IMG/VR virus record: IMGVR_UViG_3300000942_000002
Location: 1-64,000 of that record
Origin: a virus
Taxonomy: Duplodnaviria; Caudoviricetes
Length of the DNA: 64,000 nt
Strand: one strand, 5' to 3'
The translations under genes were made by a program, and so were the position numbers. Within the stretch, counting starts at the first letter, position 1, and each line of letters begins with the position of its first letter. This document shows, one piece after another, positions 1 to 6,984 of the stretch. A model generated the notes under the pieces. That model made no database searches and had not been told where the DNA came from. It saw only the letters and a program-made list of their open reading frames with translations.

Positions 1-58
1 TCACATTTTAACTTAATTACTATCTCTTAAAGTAAAAAGAGTAATTAGTGACACTAAA

Positions 59-78
59 AATTAGTGAGGGTATTGAGT
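59..78 (-). promoter_or_regulatory. Conserved 20-bp early-cassette motif, copy 1 (candidate phage/virion-RNAP promoter)
   Basis: + strand aattagtgagggtattgagt; 19/20 identical to the copy at 513-532; lies just downstream of a terminator and would precede a gene beyond the left edge. Confidence 0.6.
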
Positions 79-91
79 TAAGTTTTGTAAC

Positions 92-124
92 AAAAGAAAA
101 AGAGAATGCCTAATAGACACTCTC
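92..124 (-). terminator. Intrinsic terminator after 154..447
   Basis: Minus strand GAGAGTGTC-TATTA-GGCATTCTC followed by TTTTTCTTTT. Confidence 0.75.
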
Positions 125-153
125 CTAATCCTAACCTAAACAAACTACAATTA

Positions 154-447
154 TTATAGCGTAGTCTCCGCTGGAGAATACTTAACTATTCTATAAGCTG
201 TATACTCTCCCTGATCACCTTCTCTGGTTTCAGTTTGAATACCTAATGAGCTAATATTGGCATCAGCCTTTAACTCACCCACAAGCTCTTTGTGAATAGA
301 TACTGCAACACGATTATCATTATCCCAGTGGCGCATCCAATCAGTTGGATTCCCTTCTCCATCATTTGCTGTGTTTAACTCTAATTGCTCAATTCCTACT
401 TTTTCTTTAATTTGATCTAATGTCATCTTACTATAGTTTTTAGACAT
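154..447 (-). CDS. Small early-type protein, paralog A (97 aa; alternative start at Met8)
   Basis: 66/90 aa identical to 583..855; own upstream motif and downstream terminator. Confidence 0.9.
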   Translation of the reverse strand: MSKNYSKMTLDQIKEKVGIEQLELNTANDGEGNPTDWMRHWDNDNRVAVSIHKELVGELKADANISSLGIQTETREGDQGEYTAYRIVKYSPAETTL

Positions 448-512
448 AATGTGGCAAAATCGCCAGCTTATCTACCCTAATAAAAATAAAAAAGTAAATA
501 AGTAATACTAAT

Positions 513-532
513 AATTAGTGAGGGTTTTGAGT
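513..532 (-). promoter_or_regulatory. Conserved 20-bp early-cassette motif, copy 2
   Basis: + strand aattagtgagggttttgagt, 65 bp upstream of the 447 start. Confidence 0.65.
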
Positions 533-545
533 GGAGTTTTAAGGG

Positions 546-574
546 AAAAAGAGAAAGACCATTTCTGGTCTCTC
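546..574 (-). terminator. Intrinsic terminator after 583..855
   Basis: Minus strand GAGAGACC-AGAAAT-GGTCTTTC followed by TCTTTTT. Confidence 0.75.
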
Positions 575-582
575 CCCTAATA

Positions 583-855
583 CTATAGTGTCTCCTCTGC
601 TGGAGTGTACTTCACAATTCGGTATGCTTTATAAGGTCCTTTTGTTCCTTCTCTATCCTCAGACTGAAGCCCTAATGAGCTGATGTTTGAGTTAGCTTTG
701 ATCTCAGCTACTAATTCCTTGTGGATGCTAACAGCAACTCTGTTGTCATTGTCCCAATGTCTCATCCAATCTGTTGGCTTATCCTCTTTGTCCTTAGCTG
801 TGTTAAGCTCTAATGCTGGAATCTCTAATTGGTTTTTGATCTGTTTAAGTGTCAT
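583..855 (-). CDS. Small early-type protein, paralog B (90 aa)
   Basis: Paralog of 154..447 with invariant core PTDWMRHWDNDNRVAVSIHKELV despite synonymous DNA changes. Confidence 0.9.
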   Translation of the reverse strand: MTLKQIKNQLEIPALELNTAKDKEDKPTDWMRHWDNDNRVAVSIHKELVAEIKANSNISSLGLQSEDREGTKGPYKAYRIVKYTPAEETL

Positions 856-895
856 AATACTCGATTTAAGTTATAGATTGATTATTCAATCCAAT

Positions 896-915
896 AATAA
901 GTTAGGGTTTTGAGT
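896..915 (-). promoter_or_regulatory. Conserved 20-bp early-cassette motif, copy 3
   Basis: + strand aataagttagggttttgagt; 18/20 identical to copy 2; 40 bp upstream of the 855 start. Confidence 0.65.
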
Positions 916-928
916 TTGGCCTAATATA

Positions 929-953
929 GAATAAAGGAGAGCTATTGCCCTCC
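929..953 (-). terminator. Intrinsic terminator after the 28-aa micro-ORF
   Basis: Minus strand GGAGGGC-AATA-GCTCTCC followed by TTTATTCT. Confidence 0.65.
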
Positions 954-962
954 AATCCTAAT

Positions 963-1049
963 CTATCTATGAATAGCATGACTACATGCTGGTGCCCATT
1001 CCTTTAGGAACTTGTGAACTCTCTTGATCACTTTCTTTACTCTCTTCAT
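963..1049 (-). CDS. 28-aa basic microprotein MKRVKKVIKRVHKFLKEWAPACSHAIHR (not in ORF track)
   Basis: ATG-to-TAG frame with AT-rich leader, directly followed by a terminator. Confidence 0.5.
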   Translation of the reverse strand: MKRVKKVIKRVHKFLKEWAPACSHAIHR

Positions 1050-1085
1050 AATATAATGTATTAATAGGTTAAACGCTAATAGAGC

Positions 1086-1123
1086 AGCAAAGTACAACAA
1101 CAACTCTGAAGTTGTACTTTGCT
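1086..1123. other. Perfect 13-bp inverted repeat (hairpin) between two micro-ORFs
   Basis: agcaaagtacaac (1086-1098) / gttgtactttgct (1111-1123), 12-nt loop. Confidence 0.7.
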
Positions 1124-1133
1124 TTTCATACTT

Positions 1134-1232
1134 TTACTCACACACTTGAGTCCAGAGAACTTTGACATTCTCTCCAGTGTTCTGCATGTCACACACTGCT
1201 GCTTGCATTGCTTTGCTTTCCATTTTACTCAT
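1134..1232 (-). CDS. 32-aa microprotein MSKMESKAMQAAVCDMQNTGENVKVLWTQVCE (not in ORF track)
   Basis: ATG-to-TAA frame downstream of motif copy 4, AT-rich leader. Confidence 0.45.
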   Translation of the reverse strand: MSKMESKAMQAAVCDMQNTGENVKVLWTQVCE

Positions 1233-1315
1233 CTTGTATAGTATTAAGTTATTATTAATGCTCCCAGAAATTAATTCGTTTCAGAACTTTGGTAGGGGGA
1301 GTTTTCCTTTCCAGA

Positions 1316-1335
1316 AATGAGTGGGGGTTTTGAGT
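1316..1335 (-). promoter_or_regulatory. Conserved 20-bp early-cassette motif, copy 4
   Basis: + strand aatgagtgggggttttgagt; 18/20 identical to copy 2. Confidence 0.6.
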
Positions 1336-1339
1336 AGGG

Positions 1340-1850
1340 TAGTTTACACTCTCACAGAGCACATAAAAAATTTTTTCCTGGAAATTTTTTTGGGCAGCTA
1401 ATTATTGGCACTATATGTAGATTAGTGACGAATTATAGATTTATTTTTTTATAGTCATTATAGTGGTTATTTAGTAAACAGATATGTTTACTTTTTATGG
1501 GTTTTGTATACATATAAGTTTACACGTATATAGAAAATCCAATAACCTTTACATATAATAGATTATACCTTATCGCATATAATTTAAGGTAAAGTACAAT
1601 GTTTTATATGTTATCGGGTATAATGGGAAGTTTGAGTTCTACTAAAAGAAAGAAAAGAACCAAAAGAAAGAAAACTTTATTGTACTTCCCTTCTCTATAT
1701 TTATGCCTGCTGGCTAAGATTTTCTCCTGCACGCAGGAAAGAAAACTTTCTTTGTCAAAGGTATATGTTTCTGATCACAAAGTCAAGTAATCTGGATATA
1801 TTATTTTTCTATAGGTAAGTACATCTATATAGAAAAAATTTATAGTCTTT
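1340..1850. other. AT-rich divergent intergenic region with several inverted repeats
   Basis: No convincing CDS; IRs agtaaaca/tgtttact (1473-1492) and tttttctata/tatagaaaaa (1804-1837); gene orientation switches here. Confidence 0.5.
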
Positions 1851-1852
1851 AG

Positions 1853-1883
1853 TTTGGTAGTATTAATATTTTTATTAATTTTG
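1853..1883 (+). promoter_or_regulatory. Bacteroidota primary-sigma promoter (-33 TTTG / -7 TAnnTTTG) at the start of the virion module
   Basis: TTTG 1853-1856, 19-nt spacer, TAATTTTG 1876-1883, 22 nt before the first + strand ATG. Confidence 0.7.
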
Positions 1884-1905
1884 CTTCAGATAAAAATGAA
1901 ATAGT

Positions 1906-2229
1906 ATGATTGAAGAATTTTTGAAAGAGTTAAGAGACTCGGCAGATATACAGTTTAAGATCTTTACAGAAGGAAGTTGTTTTAGATTATACAAGATACT
2001 AAAGGTAGTATTTCCAGAAGCCAAAGCATACTGGTCTGATTTAGACAACCACTGTATAACAAAAATTAATGGAGAGTTTTATGACATTGGTGGGGCCGTG
2101 AAAAAGTCTTACATTAAAGATAGGTCTTATTACAAGATTCGTAAATCACAACTGAAAGGTTATTCTATTTTGAAATGGATGAATGATGAAGAGTCTATAG
2201 GAGCTAAAATTGAAAAATATAAAAACTGA
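1906..2229 (+). CDS. Hypothetical protein with conserved Cys/His/Asp pattern (papain/transglutaminase-like candidate)
   Basis: FTEGSC...FP...HC...YDIGG; paralogous to 3943..4227. Confidence 0.8.
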   Translation: MIEEFLKELRDSADIQFKIFTEGSCFRLYKILKVVFPEAKAYWSDLDNHCITKINGEFYDIGGAVKKSYIKDRSYYKIRKSQLKGYSILKWMNDEESIGAKIEKYKN

Positions 2230-2600
2230 TGCAAGTAATCACAAATGTAATCAAAGGAGACAAGTTCACCTACTACATTAAACACCTAGAGATATTGAAC
2301 ATCATACTTCCAGAGAAGAGTTTCCCAGAGAAGCTTACGAACAAGGAAGTTGAAGTTTTGGCTGCATTTATGTACCAAGATAAAAATTTGATCGAAGAGG
2401 ACATGTTTAATGGAGTGGTCCGTAAGAAGGTTATGGAGAAGCTTAGTCTTAAACCTGGAGGTCTTGGGAATCATATTAAATCTATGATCGACAAGAAATT
2501 TCTGGTAAAGAATGAACTAACTAGAAAAATTTCAGTAAAAGAGTTTTTAATTCCGGAAGAGAATAACCAAGGGTATAGAATTAAACTAGTAAAAGAATGA
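2229..2600 (+). CDS. Putative winged-helix DNA-binding protein
   Basis: LTNKEVEVLAAF...RKKVMEKLSLKPGGLGNHIKSMIDKKFL pattern; translationally coupled. Confidence 0.6.
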   Translation: MQVITNVIKGDKFTYYIKHLEILNIILPEKSFPEKLTNKEVEVLAAFMYQDKNLIEEDMFNGVVRKKVMEKLSLKPGGLGNHIKSMIDKKFLVKNELTRKISVKEFLIPEENNQGYRIKLVKE

Positions 2601-2848
2601 GACACCAATTAGGAATAGTAGCAAGTCTAGCATATGATATGACTTTACAAAGAGAAGATTATGGAGCAAAAATAGAAGTAAGTGAAGATGTTATAGAGTG
2701 GTTAGGACTGCATGATTCTAAATTAGATGAGAATGGATCTCGTATTTATATCTGCAACGCAATAGAATATATTTATTTAGGTCCGGTACCTGAAGTCAAA
2801 AAACTCCCAATTGATTTCTTTAACCCTGGTAAAGAGAATTTAGCATGA
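2597..2848 (+). CDS. Hypothetical protein
   Basis: Coupled ORF (ATGA overlap) in operon. Confidence 0.75.
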   Translation: MRHQLGIVASLAYDMTLQREDYGAKIEVSEDVIEWLGLHDSKLDENGSRIYICNAIEYIYLGPVPEVKKLPIDFFNPGKENLA

Positions 2849-3165
2849 TATTAAAGAATGACGAGTTATTGCATGAATTTTATGCGAGAGAGGGCCATAA
2901 GTATCCGGATTTAAACCTGGAGCAGTTTAAGGACATTGTGTTCACACCTTGGGTATTTTTACGTAAGGAAATGGAATCAGGAGAGCTGGGAACAGTTAGG
3001 ATGAAGTATTTTGGCACTTTTCAAGTGTATGAAGGTAGAGCTCGAAGAATGTTAACTAATATCAATGAAAGATTAAAGTTCAATAAAATAGAGCCTTCGC
3101 AGTATTTTAAGTTGAAAGACATGTTGGAAAAATTCTTAAACAAGAAAGATGGCAAGATTAATTAA
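2845..3165 (+). CDS. IHF/HU-like DNA-binding protein
   Basis: GTVRMKYFGTFQV beta-ribbon pattern typical of HU/IHF; crAss-like genomes carry such genes near the terminase. Confidence 0.6.
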   Translation: MILKNDELLHEFYAREGHKYPDLNLEQFKDIVFTPWVFLRKEMESGELGTVRMKYFGTFQVYEGRARRMLTNINERLKFNKIEPSQYFKLKDMLEKFLNKKDGKIN

Positions 3166-3346
3166 CATGCTAGTGGGGTACAAAAACCTGTTGACAGGGA
3201 AAGAAACTCCACAGGAAGAAAAGAGACTAAAGAAGTGTGGGAGATGTCCTCACCTCAAGAAAACTAAAGTATGTGGCAAGTGTGGCTGCTATATGCCTGC
3301 AAAGGTCAAAGCTCCACAAGCACGTTGCCCAATTAAAAAATGGTAA
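3149..3346 (+). CDS. Small Cys-rich (Zn-binding, DUF6171-like) protein
   Basis: CGRCP...CGKCGC...K...CPIKKW. Confidence 0.7.
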   Translation: MARLINMLVGYKNLLTGKETPQEEKRLKKCGRCPHLKKTKVCGKCGCYMPAKVKAPQARCPIKKW

Positions 3347-3349
3347 ATT

Positions 3350-3943
3350 ATGGCATATAAGCACACAAAAGTAAGAAATTACAGAGCACAAGAATTACTA
3401 GACAGAGTGAAATGTTTAGAATCATTTAAAGGGTTTCCACCTCAATATTGGATCCTGGGAGTACAATCTAAAGAAGATACATACAATCATTTTGATGATA
3501 AGTTCTATCTGTTTAGAGGAGAGAAGTTTATAATGGTAGTGACGGGCACCACGAATGCCGGGACGACTGGACTGATGAATTACGAGAAGTATAACAAAAA
3601 CGGAGTGTTGGTTGTTAAGACGGATGAATGGTATCATGGCCTTTGGAAGTATGGATTACACCGAGGGAAGATGCCAGCTCTAAGACAGATTAGACCTATT
3701 AAGTATTTCCGGGATTGGAACAAAAATAGAAAGATAGAAGAAATTGGGCCAGTAAGAAAAGGTATAAAGGGAATCAATTTCCACACAGTTTTGTATCAGA
3801 AAAATCTATCGTTTATCAGAAGATTGATTGGAGGCTGGAGTGTTGGTTGCCAGGTAGTAAATAATGTAGGTAAATACTATAGACTTTTAGATAAGGTGAA
3901 AAATCAGAAGTATGTTACATACTGTTTAATAAAAGAATTCTAG
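3350..3943 (+). CDS. Putative endolysin, L,D-transpeptidase (YkuD)-like Cys peptidase
   Basis: GINFH...WSVGCQVV catalytic-type motif; basic protein; no signal peptide. Confidence 0.6.
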   Translation: MAYKHTKVRNYRAQELLDRVKCLESFKGFPPQYWILGVQSKEDTYNHFDDKFYLFRGEKFIMVVTGTTNAGTTGLMNYEKYNKNGVLVVKTDEWYHGLWKYGLHRGKMPALRQIRPIKYFRDWNKNRKIEEIGPVRKGIKGINFHTVLYQKNLSFIRRLIGGWSVGCQVVNNVGKYYRLLDKVKNQKYVTYCLIKEF

Positions 3944-4227
3944 TGAGACAAATACATGAAATAGAAAATTTTATCAGTATAATAAGAGATTCTGTACCAA
4001 ATGCAGTTGAAGTATACACTAGAGGAAACTGTACTTCTTTTGCTAGAATATTAGAGATAACCTTCCCCGGAGGAAGAGTAATGCATAATATAAGTCATGC
4101 TTGTTACAAATATGCTGGACTTTGCTATGATATTACAGGTAATATTAAAGAACCAAAAAATTCCAGACCTATTGAAGATTTTGGTATTAGACAAATTATG
4201 ACTTTAACTAAAAACAATTATAAATAA
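3943..4227 (+). CDS. Hypothetical protein, Cys/His/Asp paralog of 1906..2229
   Basis: YTRGNC...FP...HA...YDITG. Confidence 0.8.
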   Translation: MRQIHEIENFISIIRDSVPNAVEVYTRGNCTSFARILEITFPGGRVMHNISHACYKYAGLCYDITGNIKEPKNSRPIEDFGIRQIMTLTKNNYK

Positions 4228-4799
4228 TGGCCTTCCTATTTAAAGTAACAGAAAAAACAGTTTTTCCAAATGAGGAAACTCTTCTTATTGAACCTTTCAA
4301 ATCTATTTGGTCCAGAGATAAATCAAAAGATAAATATAATGCCTTGGAAGAATTTGCTTATATTGAGTTTATGTCTTCTATGAAAAAGAGTAACCCTTAT
4401 AGACAGTATGGGGAAAATATGAAAGAAGAAAAAGTGAGACAAGCAGTTATTACCCGGGAAGATTGGGTACCAGATGAGTTGATCATACAAGCTATACATA
4501 AGGTAATGCAGTTTCAAAAAGAAGCTTCAACAACCTACAATTACTATATGGCTGCAAAGAAAGCTGCTGAGAAAATGCAGGAATTCTTTGAAGAGGTGGA
4601 CATCACAGCAGTGAACCCCAAGACATTTAACCCTATCTATAAACCTAGAGATATAACTAGTGCTTTAAATGACACAGAAAAAGTATTAAGTAACTTAAAA
4701 AGTCTTGAGAAAAAAGTTGAAGAAGAATTGTATGAAGAAACAAAGAATAGAAGTAATAAAGAGATTTCTTTCTTTGCAGATCCAGAAAGTTTAAAGTAA
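4227..4799 (+). CDS. Conserved protein directly upstream of the terminase; candidate terminase small subunit
   Basis: Position, helical and coiled-coil C-terminus; function is inferred. Confidence 0.45.
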   Translation: MAFLFKVTEKTVFPNEETLLIEPFKSIWSRDKSKDKYNALEEFAYIEFMSSMKKSNPYRQYGENMKEEKVRQAVITREDWVPDELIIQAIHKVMQFQKEASTTYNYYMAAKKAAEKMQEFFEEVDITAVNPKTFNPIYKPRDITSALNDTEKVLSNLKSLEKKVEEELYEETKNRSNKEISFFADPESLK

Positions 4800-4800
4800 T

Positions 4801-6963
4801 ATGACAGAATATAACAGTGGTAAATTAGAAGAAGTAAAAAATCCAGATGGTACTTGGATAAATTCTCAGGCTTTTAGAGAAGCTGGTAATCATTTTATGA
4901 AACATAGGTATTATATAGCTGATCCTTGGGGAACTCCGGATTGGCTTACCTATTGGAAAAATGAAAGAAAAAAGTGTATTGAAGGAGTAGAAATTGGTGG
5001 AGCTAGAATAACCGGAGAACACTATTCTTATTTGAATTACACACCTATACAAAAAGTAGGAGAGATATCTGGAAATAAAGCAAGTAAAGTGAAAGGATTT
5101 CCGGATTTCTGGGATGGAGATTATAATTATTTTTGGGTCAGACAGATAGCTAGAAATGGAATAATAGATGCTCTACTTAATGACGAAGAGAAAGAACTTG
5201 TTGTGAAAATGGACGACAAGAAGAAAGCTCTTGAAATGAAAAAATTATTTGAGAGTTTAAATCTTTACGTAGAAATAGAAGTAGACTACCTCACTGGAGG
5301 GTATAATTTGATTGTAGGTAAGAGTCGTCGTAAAGGATATTCGTACAAAGCTGCTGCAATTGGATCAAACAATTACTTTACAAAGCCTTTTTCTCTGACA
5401 ATTTTTGGTGCTCATGATAAAAAATATCTCTATCCAAATGGTATTTTTGGTATGGCATACAATAATATAAACTTCATTAATGAAAACACTGGCTGGGCCA
5501 TGCCTTCAGATGTTATTGACAGACTAGGTTCCGGGCACATTAAGTCTTCATACATACAATACAAAAATGGTATTAAATTAGAAAAAGGGTTTAAATCTGA
5601 GTTGTTGGCATTAACTTTTAAAGATAATCCAGATGCTGCCAGGGGGAAAGATGCTGAAGAAGTTTTCTTTGAAGAATCAGGAGCCTTTGGTACCCCGGGT
5701 CTTTTAAAACAATCCTACAAAGCAACTGAAGATTGTGTTATGGCCGGAGCAATAAAAACAGGATTAATAACTGTGTTTGGTACCTCTGGGGATATGGGAG
5801 GAGGAACAGCAGATTATGCAGATATGTTCAGTAGACCTCAAGCTTTTGATTTACTCCCATTCAAGAATATATGGGATGAGGATAGCCGAGATATGAGTGT
5901 TGGTTTCTTCCACCCAATTAACTGGAACATGGAAGGTTTCTATGATGAGCAAGGGAATTCGGATAAAGAAGGAGCCAAGAAACTTGAGCTTATGACAAGA
6001 GACAATCTAATAAAACATGGAGCAACCTCAGCAGAAATTCAACAAAGAATGCAAGAAAAACCTTTAGGTCCTAGTGAAGCCTTTGCTACTGTTTCTGTAA
6101 ATAACTTCCCTGTCGTTGAATTAAAAAGGCAATTACAAAAGGTAAAAGGCAAAGGTTGGCAGATGACAAAAGGGACTCCAGTTAATATATACTATAAGGA
6201 TGGTAAGATTGTTGCAGAACCTATTATGGATGGAACAGCAAATCCAATTACTAGCTATACAAATGTTCCCCAAGATCTTAGAGGATGCCCAATGATTTAT
6301 GAACAACCAATTTCAAATCCTCCTCAAGGTTTATATAAAATTGGTTATGACCCTATTAGACAAGATCAAGGTAGTTCTTTAGCTGCTATAGTTGTTTATA
6401 AAAGTCATCATATTGGTACTCAACATCACGATATTATTGTAGCTGAGTATATTGGTAGAATGGAGACTGCTTCAGATATTGATAGAATTGCAGAGATGTT
6501 TGCAGATTTATATGGAACAAAAATCATGTATGAAAATGAAGTAGTGGGAGTAAAGACATATTTCCAGAAGATTAAAAGATTGAATTTACTTGCAGCTCAA
6601 CCTGACAGAGTTATTAGTAAAAATATCAAAACTTCAAAAGTGGCAAGAGTTTATGGATGTCATATGAATCAACAACTTAAAGATGCAGGAGAAAGATATG
6701 TTAAGGATTGGTTACTTACAGTTTTAGATTATGATGAGAATGGGAATAAGATTACTGTTATAGATAAGATTTATTCTATAAGAATTTTAGAAGAGTTAAT
6801 TGCTTATAATAGAGATGGTAACTTTGATGCTATATCAGCTCTTTTCATGTGTATGTTTCAAGTAGAAGAAGAAGTGTTAGGAAAGCAGTTTGGAGATGGT
6901 GGAGAAAATAAAAAAGCAAAAAAACTTTTGGAAATGATGAAAAATATGTATAAAAAGAATTAA
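4801..6963 (+). CDS. terL: Terminase large subunit
   Basis: Walker A-like GKSRRKGYSY, Walker B VFFEESG, RNase H-like nuclease motif KIGYDP, C-terminal NFDAISA. Confidence 0.95.
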   Translation: MTEYNSGKLEEVKNPDGTWINSQAFREAGNHFMKHRYYIADPWGTPDWLTYWKNERKKCIEGVEIGGARITGEHYSYLNYTPIQKVGEISGNKASKVKGFPDFWDGDYNYFWVRQIARNGIIDALLNDEEKELVVKMDDKKKALEMKKLFESLNLYVEIEVDYLTGGYNLIVGKSRRKGYSYKAAAIGSNNYFTKPFSLTIFGAHDKKYLYPNGIFGMAYNNINFINENTGWAMPSDVIDRLGSGHIKSSYIQYKNGIKLEKGFKSELLALTFKDNPDAARGKDAEEVFFEESGAFGTPGLLKQSYKATEDCVMAGAIKTGLITVFGTSGDMGGGTADYADMFSRPQAFDLLPFKNIWDEDSRDMSVGFFHPINWNMEGFYDEQGNSDKEGAKKLELMTRDNLIKHGATSAEIQQRMQEKPLGPSEAFATVSVNNFPVVELKRQLQKVKGKGWQMTKGTPVNIYYKDGKIVAEPIMDGTANPITSYTNVPQDLRGCPMIYEQPISNPPQGLYKIGYDPIRQDQGSSLAAIVVYKSHHIGTQHHDIIVAEYIGRMETASDIDRIAEMFADLYGTKIMYENEVVGVKTYFQKIKRLNLLAAQPDRVISKNIKTSKVARVYGCHMNQQLKDAGERYVKDWLLTVLDYDENGNKITVIDKIYSIRILEELIAYNRDGNFDAISALFMCMFQVEEEVLGKQFGDGGENKKAKKLLEMMKNMYKKN

Positions 6964-6968
6964 CTTTG
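6961..6968 (+). promoter_or_regulatory. Candidate -7 element (TAACTTTG) before the portal gene
   Basis: Matches TAnnTTTG, 16 nt before ATG; no clear -33 element. Confidence 0.5.
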
Positions 6969-6984
6969 TAAAAAATTTGATTTA

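Noticed and set aside
683-913. 76-aa hydrophobic + strand ORF
   Set aside because: Antisense shadow of the conserved paralog 583..855 and its motif
1599-1790. 63-aa + strand ORF in the intergenic junction
   Set aside because: Low-complexity K/R and aromatic content arising from A/T runs; no coupling or recognisable motif; treated as probably spurious
4801-6963. Intein or intron in terminase, RNR or RNAP
   Set aside because: No C/S...HN splice motifs, homing endonuclease motifs or frame breaks recognised; the roughly 50-aa helical stretch before Walker A in TerL is too short and lacks such motifs
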